64,000 nucleotides of DNA from an uncultured Chloroflexia bacterium (GTDB taxonomy: Bacteria; Chloroflexota; Limnocylindria; Limnocylindrales; CSP1-4), in assembly GCA_963813535.1 (NCBI GenBank), contig CAWEZH010000002.1, positions 1,504,001 to 1,568,000 on the forward strand. The letters are read 5' to 3'. Position numbers and translations under genes: made by a program. Under the pieces are notes generated by a model. That model ran no database searches. It saw only the letters and a list, made by a program, of their open reading frames with translations, and had not been told where the DNA came from. This document shows, piece after piece, positions 40,201 to 49,673 of this stretch (the stretch's first letter is position 1; every line of letters starts with the position of its first letter).

Positions 40201-41472
40201 TCAGCCCGACGGCGACGCTTCGGCGGGGACCTCTTCGGTCGGCGGCACCGGGATGATGATCTCATCGCCGACCTTGATCCGGTTCGGGTTCGAGATACGG
40301 TCCTTGTTCGCCTCGAGCAACGCATCGAGCGAGACGTTGAACTGGCGAGCGATGCGCGACAGCGTGTCGCCGGACTTGATCACGTAGGTCTGCGGCGTCG
40401 GCGCGGGGACCGCGGTGGGTGACGGGATGGGCGTCGATGCTGCGGCGGACGGGCTCGCGCTCGACGCGGCGCCGGGTGTACCACGGCCGCCGACCCCGAG
40501 GATGCCGGGCAGGAAGAACAGGATCAGGGCGGCCAGGATGACGCCGCCGAACAGGATGCCGACCGTCGGCACGGCGGGGATGCCCGACAGCCCGGCCCGC
40601 GTCTTGATCGACGGGTAGGCCTCGTTCCGACGCTGGCGTTCCCACGACGGACCATCGTCCCGCTTGCGCTCCGCAGCGGCCCGCTCGCGGTCGCGATCCC
40701 GGGTCGAGCTGACCGCCGGTCGTCGAGGTGGTCGCGTCGGCGGACGGACCTCGGCGAGCAGCTCGGCCGCCTTGTCCACGAGCGCGGCGCCACCGACAAG
40801 GCTGGCCAGCTCCGGATCGGCCGGCGACGCGGGGCTGTCCTCCTGCGTGGACTTCGATCGAGTCGACGACCGATGGCCCCATTCCTCGCTGATGTCCGCA
40901 CCACGCGCCAGGCGGTCCGCGGCACTGCCGGCCAACCCACGCGCCTCCTCGGGCGTCGCGTCGAGGGACCCTGGTGCCTCGTCAGCACCGCCCTTCCCGC
41001 GGGGACCGCCCGCCGTGCCGGCTGCCCCGGCCGCGCCCGCCGACGCCCATGGTGGCGGCGCCGCCCAGTCGCGCGGCGGATTGCGCCGTGGGCGTTCCTC
41101 GATCGGCGGCTCGGGGCGTGGCTGGCTCCACAGGTCCTCGGCGTCGTCGTCCTCGTCGAGCGACGCGGCCGCCGACCCCGCCGCGGCTGCGCTGACGGCG
41201 ACCTGCTCATCGGTGTCTTCCGGCGCCTCTGCCACCGGGATGGCGTGCGCAGCTTCCCGACGAGCCCACTCCTGGAACGTCGGACACACGGGGAACGCCG
41301 ACGAGAGGCAGTAGGCCTCCTGGTGGGCGAGGGCGCGCGGTGCCGGCTCGGCCTCGGCAAAACAGCGGTGGCGGTGGTCCGGTCGATCGGCACGCTCGTC
41401 GCGATCGTCTTCGAACGCGACGAACGGGCAGGCCGGTGAACCGTCCGCGCTGGGCAGGCCACGGTCCGTCAT
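40201..41472 (-). CDS. Single-pass membrane protein with N-terminal Cys/His cluster and C-terminal LysM domain
   Basis: CPF..HRC..CL..CP at the N-terminus; TM; YVIKSGDTLSRIARQFNVSLDALLEAN..NPNRIKVGDEIIIP. Confidence 0.85.
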   Translation of the reverse strand: MTDRGLPSADGSPACPFVAFEDDRDERADRPDHRHRCFAEAEPAPRALAHQEAYCLSSAFPVCPTFQEWARREAAHAIPVAEAPEDTDEQVAVSAAAAGSAAASLDEDDDAEDLWSQPRPEPPIEERPRRNPPRDWAAPPPWASAGAAGAAGTAGGPRGKGGADEAPGSLDATPEEARGLAGSAADRLARGADISEEWGHRSSTRSKSTQEDSPASPADPELASLVGGAALVDKAAELLAEVRPPTRPPRRPAVSSTRDRDRERAAAERKRDDGPSWERQRRNEAYPSIKTRAGLSGIPAVPTVGILFGGVILAALILFFLPGILGVGGRGTPGAASSASPSAAASTPIPSPTAVPAPTPQTYVIKSGDTLSRIARQFNVSLDALLEANKDRISNPNRIKVGDEIIIPVPPTEEVPAEASPSG

Positions 41473-41625
41473 CGCTGCCGATGATACCCAAGCGGAAGCG
41501 CGCGTCCCGCCCATCGGCCGCCACTCGTACGGCGTTTGACACGGCAGATGCGCGCTCGGAGACTTCGAAGCGCGTCCCGAGACGATAGGGTGGATGGCCC
41601 TCGACCCAGTGTGAGAAGGAGTCCC

Positions 41626-42057
41626 ATGTCTCGACTGACCCGTTGGTTCGCGCCGACGACGACCGCCCGGGCCCACTGCGACCTGCCGTGCGGCGTGTAC
41701 GACCCCGAGCAGGCTCGCATCGAAGCCGAGTCCTGCCACAAGATCCTGGAGAAGTACGCCGCGAACGAGGATGCGACGTTCCGCGACCGGGCGATCCTGA
41801 TCAAGGAGCGCCAGGCGGACCTCGTCAAGCATCACCTCGACGTCCTGTGGCACGACTACTTCAAGCCCGAGCACCTCGAGGCCGTGCCGAACCTGCACGA
41901 GCTGTTCTGGAACGCGAACAAGCAGGTCTCGAAGGTCAAGGCCTCGACGGACACAGCCGATAGCAAGAAGCTGCTCGAGATGATCGACGAGGTCGACGCC
42001 GCCTGGAAGGCGACCGGCGGACCGGACAAGACACGCGTCGCCGGTCGGCCCGGCTGA
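41626..42057 (+). CDS. sodN: Nickel superoxide dismutase precursor
   Basis: Ni-hook HCDLPCGVYDP after a short leader; LWHDYFK; AAGGAG RBS. Confidence 0.96.
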   Translation: MSRLTRWFAPTTTARAHCDLPCGVYDPEQARIEAESCHKILEKYAANEDATFRDRAILIKERQADLVKHHLDVLWHDYFKPEHLEAVPNLHELFWNANKQVSKVKASTDTADSKKLLEMIDEVDAAWKATGGPDKTRVAGRPG

Positions 42058-42068
42058 ACTCAGTCCTG

Positions 42069-42554
42069 ATGCGCATCCCGAGGCCCCGCCGAACGGCGGG
42101 GCCTCGTCGCAGGGAGCGTCTCCGTCACCGCTTGCGCGGCCCGTGGCGCATCGCGATCCAGCAGGCCAGCATGGAGCCGACGATCCGCGAGGGTGACTGG
42201 CTGCTGGTCGACCCCACGACCGCTCGGTGGCCGAGGCGCGGGTCGATCGTGGCGTTCCACGAGCCGGATACCGGTGCGCTCGCCGTCAAACGCGTCGCTG
42301 GTACGCCGGGCGACCGCGTCCCGTTCAGGGACGGTTATCTCGAGCTGGCCGACGATGAAGCCTGGCTCGTCGCGGACGCCGACCCCGAGACCGCGGCGGC
42401 CACGGGACACGGCGACCCGATCGACTCGAACCGCTTCGGCCCGGTCCCGGTCGAGCTGCTCGTCGGGCGGGTGTGGTTCCGCTATGCGCCGCTTGGTCGT
42501 GTGGGACCGCTCAGGCGACGACCGGTGCCGCCCGACCTTCCGTCGTCAGGCTGA
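42069..42554 (+). CDS. sodX: Ni-SOD maturation protease (S26 family)
   Basis: SMEPT..GD.LLV, VKRV and DSNRFGPVP motifs; directly after sodN. Confidence 0.88.
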   Translation: MRIPRPRRTAGPRRRERLRHRLRGPWRIAIQQASMEPTIREGDWLLVDPTTARWPRRGSIVAFHEPDTGALAVKRVAGTPGDRVPFRDGYLELADDEAWLVADADPETAAATGHGDPIDSNRFGPVPVELLVGRVWFRYAPLGRVGPLRRRPVPPDLPSSG

Positions 42555-43425
42555 TCCCCGCCGCGCGGCAGTCCTCGGCGAAGGCCGTCTGCGCCTCGAG
42601 CGTCGGTGACCAACGCGTCGGGAAGGCGACGAGCCGGTCGAGCCCGATCTCGGCCATCCGCGCCAACCGATCGACCCGCGCCTGCCCGGCGTCGCGCATG
42701 CGCTCATCGCGCTCGTACAGCGAGAACCGCAGCGTGGCCGGATCGCGCCCCTCGGCTTCGCAGCGCTCACGGACGTCGCGCATGCGCGCGACGATGTCGT
42801 CTGGCTCGATGAACACGAAGTTCAGCTCGTCCGCGTAACGGATGGCGTAGCCGGCTGTCCGCTGGCGGCCGTTGCCGCCGACGATGATCGGGATCCGCGG
42901 CTGCTGGAGACCTTGCGGTTCGTTGATCGCGCCGCGAACGTGCGCAAGGCGCCCTTCGAACGTCGACCGACCGGGCTCGAACATCTCGCTGATCACCTCG
43001 AGATGGTCCCCAAGGGCGTCGAGGCGCTCCGCGAGCGGTGGGAAGCCATACCCGTAGGCGACCCACTCGTCCTCCTTCCAGCCCGCCCCGATGCCGAGCT
43101 CGAAGCGCCCGCCGCTCATCACGTCGATGGTCGACGAGAGCTTGGCGGTCAGGGCCGGGTTGCGGAAACCCGTACACACGACCATGTGGCCCAGGCGCAC
43201 GCGGGTCGTGACCATCGCCAGCCCAGCGAGCACGGAAAACGACTCGAACGTGATCTCGTCGGTCGGGGCGGGAACCGTATGGAAGTGATCGAACACCCAC
43301 AGCGACTCGAAGCCGAGCTCCTCCGCCTGGCGTGCCAGCTCGACGGTCCGTGCCCAGGCCTCCGCCGGCGGCCAGCCGTCGTAGTCGCCCTTCCAGCCCT
43401 GCGGCGCCATGAGCCCGACCTGCAT
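42511..43425 (-). CDS. LLM class flavin/F420-dependent oxidoreductase
   Basis: MAPQGW, LWVFDHFH, RNPALTAK, GRFELGIGAGW; GAGGAGG RBS. Confidence 0.9.
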   Translation of the reverse strand: MQVGLMAPQGWKGDYDGWPPAEAWARTVELARQAEELGFESLWVFDHFHTVPAPTDEITFESFSVLAGLAMVTTRVRLGHMVVCTGFRNPALTAKLSSTIDVMSGGRFELGIGAGWKEDEWVAYGYGFPPLAERLDALGDHLEVISEMFEPGRSTFEGRLAHVRGAINEPQGLQQPRIPIIVGGNGRQRTAGYAIRYADELNFVFIEPDDIVARMRDVRERCEAEGRDPATLRFSLYERDERMRDAGQARVDRLARMAEIGLDRLVAFPTRWSPTLEAQTAFAEDCRAAGISLTTEGRAAPVVA

Positions 43426-43543
43426 CCGGATCCTCCTCGATGACATTCGTAGCCGAATCCTGCCACGTTCGACCGTTCGACCCGTGCGCCGCGGTGTGAG
43501 CCGACCCGACGTGCGGTCCTGCGCGGCCCGTATCCTCGGGACC

Positions 43544-44764
43544 ATGGAGACGACCGCGTTCGACCCGGCTGCCCGGCTCCCCGACATGCCCGACCCGTGG
43601 GTCTCGAGCTCACAGCCGAGCATGCGCTCCGGCCCGCCGTACCACATGACCGAGATGATCGAAGCCGAGCCGGCCCTTTCGGCCCGCGTCCTCGAACGGC
43701 ACGAGGCGGTCGGCAGTGGCGCAGCCGAGCTCGCCCGCGTCATCCGCCGAACGGTGCGGGCCGGCGACCCGGTCGTGGTCACCGGCTGCGGCACATCGGA
43801 GCACGCCGCCCTCGGCGTCGCCGACATCCTGCGCGCAGCCGTCCGGGAGGCCGAGGTCCGGGCCACGGGCCATGGCACGCGCCACGAGCCGCTCGCCGTA
43901 CAGGCTTTCGAGCTGTCGCTCGATCCGCCAGCCTCGGGCCTGGTCATCGGGATCTCACACGAGGGCGGGACGACGGCCACCAATGCCGCCCTCGAGGCGT
44001 CCCGGGCGGCGGGTGCCCGGACGGCGATCATCACGGTGAGCGAGCGATCGCCCGGCGCCGAGTCGGCCGACATCGTCGTCGAGACGGGCGAACTCGACCA
44101 GAGCTGGTGTCACACGGTCGGCTACCTCAGCCCGCTCGTGGCGGCCGCCGCGAGCGGAGCACACCTGACCGGACGACCGGTCGATGCGGCCTTCCGTGAC
44201 AGCGTCCAGGAGCTCGTCGCCTCCGGCGTCGATCGCGCGAGCATCGCCGAATCCGTCGCCGACCGCCTCGCCGAGCGCAGCTCTGTGCTGGTCATCGCGT
44301 CGGGCGCCGACCGGACGGCGGGTCGCGAGCTCGTCCTCAAGATCGAGGAGGGGACGTGGGTGCCTGCCGCCTATCGCGACCTCGAGACCTTCCTGCACGG
44401 CCACCTCGCCGCGGCCGAGGAGTCCCACGGGCTTGTCGTGATCCTCGCCGACCGCGACGGCCGCGATGCGCGACTGGCACGGGCGACCGGCGCGCTGCGG
44501 GCGGCGCGCGGCGTGGGCATGGAGGCCGCGGCGATCATGGCCGCCGACGCCGCCGCCGACCTACCGACCGACCTGACGCCGGCGGGGCGGATCGTCATCC
44601 CGGAGGCGCCCGCACTCCCCTCCCCGGTCGCGGCGCTGCTCGGGACCGCGACACCGCTGCAGATGCTCACGGAGCGCCTGGCTCGGGCGCGTGGCGTCAA
44701 CCCCGATGCGATCCACCGCGACGTCGACCGCTATCGCGAGGCTGCCGAGGCCGCCGAAGGTTGA
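43544..44764 (+). CDS. SIS domain protein (GlmS isomerase/AgaS-like, no glutaminase domain)
   Basis: YHMTEMI, TGCGTSEHA, GISHEGGT, ELVLKIEE and ETFLHGH motifs. Confidence 0.85.
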   Translation: METTAFDPAARLPDMPDPWVSSSQPSMRSGPPYHMTEMIEAEPALSARVLERHEAVGSGAAELARVIRRTVRAGDPVVVTGCGTSEHAALGVADILRAAVREAEVRATGHGTRHEPLAVQAFELSLDPPASGLVIGISHEGGTTATNAALEASRAAGARTAIITVSERSPGAESADIVVETGELDQSWCHTVGYLSPLVAAAASGAHLTGRPVDAAFRDSVQELVASGVDRASIAESVADRLAERSSVLVIASGADRTAGRELVLKIEEGTWVPAAYRDLETFLHGHLAAAEESHGLVVILADRDGRDARLARATGALRAARGVGMEAAAIMAADAAADLPTDLTPAGRIVIPEAPALPSPVAALLGTATPLQMLTERLARARGVNPDAIHRDVDRYREAAEAAEG

Positions 44765-44765
44765 C

Positions 44766-44856
44766 GAGGGCCCGGGGCGGTTGGCGCCCGCGTTCCGGCG
44801 GATGCTGCCGTTGCACCCCACGCACGGAACGGGGCGACTCGGTGGGACCCGGCCCT
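44766..44856. terminator. Long imperfect hairpin between convergent genes
   Basis: GGGCC/GGCCC outer arms with inner CGCCC..CGTTCCG / CGGAACG..GGGCG. Confidence 0.4.
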
Positions 44857-45842
44857 CAGAGGCGCCCGACGAGCTCCTCGCCCGCGACATCGACCATGTC
44901 AAGGTCCCATGGGATGAAGTCCTGGAACATGATCCGCTGGATGCCCGCATCGGCGAACCGCTCCACCTGGGCTCGCGCCTTGTCCGGCGTCCCGTAGACC
45001 CATCTGAGCCGACGCTCCTCGAGCCACGCCTCCCCAGTCTCAGCATCGGCGCCGAATGCCGCCAGGAGCGTCCGCTCGCGCTCGACGACCTCATCCTCGG
45101 TCCGCCCGACGAGCACGCCGGCCATCGTTGAGCGCGCAAGGGTCGACGGGTCGCGGCCGATCGCCCGGCACGCCTCGTCGAGCTTGACCCGGACCTCGGC
45201 TGCCCGGTCGGGTGACGCCGAGCTCAGGTTGTACTCGTCCGCGTACTTCGCCGCGAGCCGGTACGACCGAGGCGAGCCGCCGCTCCCGACGATGATGCGC
45301 GGGCGCTTGCCACCTGCCGGCGTCGTGGGCCGGCCGGGGACGTCGACGGGCCGGGGCCGGAACAGAGCGCCCTCGACCCGGATGCCGCTGATGCCCTCGA
45401 ACGACCAGCCGTCGGGCTCGCCCCACAGCCCGTGCAGGATGGCCAGCTGGTCCTCGAGCAGGTCGGCCCGCTCCTCGATCGGCGGGAAGACGAGGCCCAG
45501 CTGCCGGTGTTCCTCATCGTTCCAGCCGGCACCGACGCCCACCTCGATGCGGCCGCCGCTCATCTCGTCGACCGTCGCCACGACCTTGGCCAGGACCCCG
45601 GGGTGGCGGAACGTGACCGGCGATACGAGCGCCCCGAGCCCGATGCGCTCGGTCTCACGAGCGAGCCCCGCAAGGACGCTCCAGGCGTCAGTCGTCGGCT
45701 GGCCGGACTCGCCGGGGAAGCTCGCGAAATGGTCCGACCGGAAGAACGCGTCGAAGCCGTTCGCTTCGGCACGCTTCGCCGAGGCCAGCTGGTCCGCGTA
45801 GCTCATCCCCTGCTGGGGCTCGAGCATCAAGGCGTACTTCAT
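44856..45842 (-). CDS. LLM class F420-dependent oxidoreductase
   Basis: EPQQG, FFRSDHF, SPVTFRHPG and GRIEVGVGAGW motifs. Confidence 0.9.
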   Translation of the reverse strand: MKYALMLEPQQGMSYADQLASAKRAEANGFDAFFRSDHFASFPGESGQPTTDAWSVLAGLARETERIGLGALVSPVTFRHPGVLAKVVATVDEMSGGRIEVGVGAGWNDEEHRQLGLVFPPIEERADLLEDQLAILHGLWGEPDGWSFEGISGIRVEGALFRPRPVDVPGRPTTPAGGKRPRIIVGSGGSPRSYRLAAKYADEYNLSSASPDRAAEVRVKLDEACRAIGRDPSTLARSTMAGVLVGRTEDEVVERERTLLAAFGADAETGEAWLEERRLRWVYGTPDKARAQVERFADAGIQRIMFQDFIPWDLDMVDVAGEELVGRL

Positions 45843-45865
45843 CGGTGCTCCTGTACGTCGCGTCA

Positions 45866-45924
45866 ATCATTTGCCTTGACGCGATGGTCCATTCGATTAT
45901 GATAGTTCACGTGACACGAATGAT
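45866..45924. promoter_or_regulatory. AT-rich divergent promoter/operator region for marR-MFS and the LLM gene
   Basis: TTGACG (45876-81), 16 bp, TATGAT (45898-903); imperfect palindrome ATAGTTC-N9-GAATGAT overlapping the marR start. Confidence 0.6.
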
Positions 45925-46498
45925 TCCGACCCCGTCGCCCGCGCGACGGGCGACCACCCCCAGCGATCCGTACGCGCCAATCATCGCCGACTTCCGGTCG
46001 GCCATGACGATGCTGAAGTGCGCATCGAGTGAGCGCGTGCTGCGGCTGGGTATCAGCATGGCCCAGCTCCACATCCTCTACACGCTCCAGCGGAACGGCC
46101 AGATGACGATGAGCCACCTCGCGGAGGTGCTCAACGTGTCCCTGTCGAATGCGACCGGGCTCATCGACCGCATCGAGGAGCGCGGCTTCGTCGAACGCAC
46201 CCGCGTCCCCGAGGACCGCCGGATCGTGCTGATCCGCGTGACACCCGATGGCGAGCGGATGCTCGGAGATATCGATGCGCTGAGCGATGAGCTGCTGCGA
46301 TCGGTGCTCGGGCATCTCGACCGATCCAAGCTCGCCGGCGTCGGCCAGGCGGTCGCGGCACTCCGGGTCGCGCTCGCGGAGACGACCGGCGGGATGCCCG
46401 CCGATCGCCACACGGCCTCCATCCCTGCTCCACGATCCTCGTCGACCCTCCGGGGTGTCGAGCGTCCCGCGTTGCCACAACCCACACGGAAGGACTGA
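45911..46498 (+). CDS. MarR family transcriptional regulator (start 45911 or 45920)
   Basis: ISMAQLHIL, LAEVLNVSLSNATGLIDRIEERGFVER and DRR..VT..G motifs. Confidence 0.92.
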   Translation: MTRMIPTPSPARRATTPSDPYAPIIADFRSAMTMLKCASSERVLRLGISMAQLHILYTLQRNGQMTMSHLAEVLNVSLSNATGLIDRIEERGFVERTRVPEDRRIVLIRVTPDGERMLGDIDALSDELLRSVLGHLDRSKLAGVGQAVAALRVALAETTGGMPADRHTASIPAPRSSSTLRGVERPALPQPTRKD

Positions 46499-46502
46499 AC
46501 CA

Positions 46503-48197
46503 ATGGAAGCATTCCCCGAGGCGAGCGGGAGGACTCCGTCCCTCGCCGAGGATCCGGCACTGGGCCTGAGCCATCGCGCGAAGATGGAGATCCTCTTCGC
46601 GGTCCTGCTCGGCCTGTTCCTCGGCGCGCTCGATCAGACCATCGTCGGGCCGGCCCTGCCGACCATCGTGACCCAGCTGTCCGGCAACGACTACTACGTC
46701 TGGGCGATCACGATCTACCTGCTGACCAGCACCATCAGCGTCCCGTTCTGGGGAAAGCTTTCGGACATCTACGGTCGCAAGCCGATCTTCATGATCGGCA
46801 TCGTCATCTTCCTGATCGGCTCGGCGCTGTCCGGCCTGAGCCAGAACATGGGCATGCTCATCCTGTTCCGGGGCATCCAGGGCATCGGTGCCGGGTCACT
46901 CTTCCCGGTGGCACTCGCGGTCATCGGTGACTTGTTCACACCCCAGGAACGCGGCAAGTACCAGGGCCTCTTCGGTGCCGTCTTCGGGATCGCGTTCGTC
47001 GTGGGCCCGCTCGTCGGGGGCTTCCTGACCGAGAACGTGGGCTGGCACTGGATCTTCTACGTCAACATCCCGATCGGGATCGTGTCGCTCATCGTCATCC
47101 AGCGACTGCTGCCGACGGTCAAGACCGCCTCGGCGACTCGAAACTTCGACCTGATCGGCGGAGCGATCTTCACCGTCGCGATGGTGTTCCTGCTGGTCGG
47201 TCTGACCAATAAGCAGTTCGGCGAATGGACCGATCCGACGGTGGGCGGCTTCATCCTCGTCGGTCTCGTCGGCACGGTGCTGTTCATCCTCGCGGAGGCG
47301 CGCGCGAAGGAGCCGATCGTCCCGCTCGACCTGTGGAGGAACCGGACGTACTCCGCGTCCATGGTCTCGACCTTCTTCGCGGCGTTCGCGTTCTTCGGCG
47401 CCATCGTCTTCCTGCCGCGCTGGTTCCAGGTCGTCGAGAGCTTCTCGCCGACCAACTCCGGCCTGGCGGCCCTGCCGCTCATGGTCGGCCTCATCGCCAG
47501 CTCGATCGGCTCCGGGTTCTTCGTTTCGCGGACCGGCCGGTACAAGTGGCTGCTGGTCGCGGCGATCGCGCTCATGGGCTTCGCGACCCTGCTGATGACG
47601 CAGCTCACCAAGGACACCCCGGTGCCCATCGTGTGGCTGTGGATGTTCATCGCCGGACTTGGCGTCGGCCCGACCTTCTCGGTGTTCACGATCGTCATCC
47701 AGAACGCCGTGCCGTTCCGGCAGCTCGGCGTCGCGACCTCCAACCTGACGTTCTTCCGTCAGATCGGCGGCACGATCGCGCTGGCATTCGTCGGGACGAT
47801 CTTCGGGACGACGTTCCAGGAGCAGCTGACCCCTTCGCTGGTCGCCCAAGGGGTGCCGCAACCGGTGGTCGACGGGTTCACCCAGGCCTCCTCCGGAGGT
47901 GGGCTGGACTTCAATCAGCTGACCGGCGTCGGCGACCTCGGGGCGATCATCCTCGCCCAGATCCCGGAACAGTTCCGGGCAGCAGTGGAGCCGTTCGTCC
48001 CGAACATCGTCGAAGGCATCCACGCGGCGTTCAGCATCGCCACCGCCCAGACCTTCTGGCTCGGCGTCTTCGGCTCCGTCGCGGCGGCCATCGCGGCCGT
48101 GGCGATCAAGGAGATCCCACTGCGGGCCACGAACGAGATGCCGGTCCCGGCCGCTGCATCCACGCAGGGCGCACGCCCCGCGCCGATGACCGACTGA
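46503..48197 (+). CDS. MFS drug efflux transporter, DHA2 (EmrB/QacA-like)
   Basis: LDQTIVGPALPTI, GKLSDIYGRK and WHWIFYVNIPIG; 14-TM pattern. Confidence 0.93.
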   Translation: MEAFPEASGRTPSLAEDPALGLSHRAKMEILFAVLLGLFLGALDQTIVGPALPTIVTQLSGNDYYVWAITIYLLTSTISVPFWGKLSDIYGRKPIFMIGIVIFLIGSALSGLSQNMGMLILFRGIQGIGAGSLFPVALAVIGDLFTPQERGKYQGLFGAVFGIAFVVGPLVGGFLTENVGWHWIFYVNIPIGIVSLIVIQRLLPTVKTASATRNFDLIGGAIFTVAMVFLLVGLTNKQFGEWTDPTVGGFILVGLVGTVLFILAEARAKEPIVPLDLWRNRTYSASMVSTFFAAFAFFGAIVFLPRWFQVVESFSPTNSGLAALPLMVGLIASSIGSGFFVSRTGRYKWLLVAAIALMGFATLLMTQLTKDTPVPIVWLWMFIAGLGVGPTFSVFTIVIQNAVPFRQLGVATSNLTFFRQIGGTIALAFVGTIFGTTFQEQLTPSLVAQGVPQPVVDGFTQASSGGGLDFNQLTGVGDLGAIILAQIPEQFRAAVEPFVPNIVEGIHAAFSIATAQTFWLGVFGSVAAAIAAVAIKEIPLRATNEMPVPAAASTQGARPAPMTD

Positions 48198-48220
48198 CGA
48201 CCGCCTGTCTCCTCTGGGTA

Positions 48221-48252
48221 CGGCCCTGGTGCTCCGCACCGGGGCCGTTCCT
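48221..48252 (+). terminator. Terminator-like hairpin after the MFS gene
   Basis: CGGCCCTGGTGC-TCC-GCACCGGGGCCG followed by a weak pyrimidine tail. Confidence 0.6.
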
Positions 48253-48275
48253 CGTTCAGGGCTAGGATGGCGTCC

Positions 48276-48767
48276 GTGACATCCGCCGCCGAGATACGAC
48301 CCGCGCCCTTCCCCCCGCGACTCCAGGCCGTGGGGACGGCCGATGCGCCGTTCCGCCCGATGCTCGAGGCGGACGCGCTGGCGGAGGGCACGATGCAGCG
48401 CGTGACCGTCGGCGAGCTCGACATCCTGCTCGTCAACACAGAGCGTGGGATCTTCGCGACGGACGACCGCTGTCCACACATGTCCGCCCCGTTGTCCATC
48501 GGCGAACTCGACGGCTGCATCGTGGCCTGCCCGCTGCACGACGGTCGATTCGACCTGGCCAGCGGCGACACCGCACAGATGCCGACGACGGGTGGCCTCG
48601 ACGCCGACGGCGTGTACCACCCGACCTGGTCGCCTGCCGGCAGGGACCCCAAGGTCGACCCACCTGGCAAGAAGGCCGAGGCGCGACGGTTCACGCGGGT
48701 CCGACGACTCCGCTACTACCCGGTCCGCATCGTCGACGGCGTGATCGAGGTGGCGATCCCCGGCTGA
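48276..48767 (+). CDS. Rieske [2Fe-2S] ferredoxin with internal insertion
   Basis: CPH..CPLH ligands, GRFDLASG, C-terminal LRYYPVRIVDG. Confidence 0.88.
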   Translation: MTSAAEIRPAPFPPRLQAVGTADAPFRPMLEADALAEGTMQRVTVGELDILLVNTERGIFATDDRCPHMSAPLSIGELDGCIVACPLHDGRFDLASGDTAQMPTTGGLDADGVYHPTWSPAGRDPKVDPPGKKAEARRFTRVRRLRYYPVRIVDGVIEVAIPG

Positions 48768-48782
48768 GCCGGCGGTCTGCGA

Positions 48783-49631
48783 CTACGTCTGGGCCTGATC
48801 CGGTTTCGCGGCCGGTTTCTTGACGTCCTTCTTCCCGATCGGCTTCGTCTCGGGTTTGACCGCGGCGGCCGCCTTGCGTTGCGAGCGCTGATATGCCCTA
48901 AGGATCTTGACGGCTTCCTTCGGGTCATCGGTCAGCCGCAGCAGATCGACATCCTCGGCGTTGATCGCCGCCTCCGCGAGGACCGAGCCGCGGATCCAGT
49001 CGAGCATCCCGGTCCAGTAGTCGGTGCCCATCAGGATCACCGGGAAGTCCTGGACCTTGTGGGTCTGGATGAGCGTCAACGCCTCGAACAGCTCGTCGAG
49101 CGTGCCGTAGCCGCCGGGGAAGATGACGAACCCGTCGGCGTACTTCACGAACATGACCTTGCGCGTGAAGAAGTAGCGGAACTCGACGCCGAGGTCGACG
49201 TACGGGTTGAGACCCTGCTCCATCGGCAGCTCGATGTTGCAGCCGATCGATAATCCGCCACTCTCCTGGCAGCCGCGATTGGCCGCCTCCATGATCCCTG
49301 GGCCTCCGCCGGTGATGACGGCGTAGCCGGCCTCGGCGAGGCGCCGCCCGAGTTCTCGAGCCTGCTCGTAGTAGGGGTGGTCCTGCTTCGTCCGCGCCGA
49401 TCCGAACACGCTGACCGCCGGTCCGACCTCGGCCAGCGCATCGAACCCATCGACGAACTCGGACAGGATGCGCAGCGACCGCCACGGGTCCGAATCCAGG
49501 AAATCGGGACGAGCAGAGGTCTGGAGGAGCGCCTCGTCCTCCGTGCGCATCATGCGGCCGCCGGCGAGCTTCGTCGCTTCGCGTCGGATCGTGATGCGGC
49601 CGCGTCGGCGTCGATCGGGTTTGTCGGTCAC
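48783..49631 (-). CDS. LOG family nucleotide phosphoribohydrolase (TIGR00730-like)
   Basis: VFGSAR, TGGGPGIMEAAN, FRYFFTRK and PGGYGTLDE motifs. Confidence 0.93.
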   Translation of the reverse strand: MTDKPDRRRRGRITIRREATKLAGGRMMRTEDEALLQTSARPDFLDSDPWRSLRILSEFVDGFDALAEVGPAVSVFGSARTKQDHPYYEQARELGRRLAEAGYAVITGGGPGIMEAANRGCQESGGLSIGCNIELPMEQGLNPYVDLGVEFRYFFTRKVMFVKYADGFVIFPGGYGTLDELFEALTLIQTHKVQDFPVILMGTDYWTGMLDWIRGSVLAEAAINAEDVDLLRLTDDPKEAVKILRAYQRSQRKAAAAVKPETKPIGKKDVKKPAAKPDQAQT

Positions 49632-49673
49632 GATGGGAAGGATGCCACCCGACGACGTGACCCGAGGGCCCGG

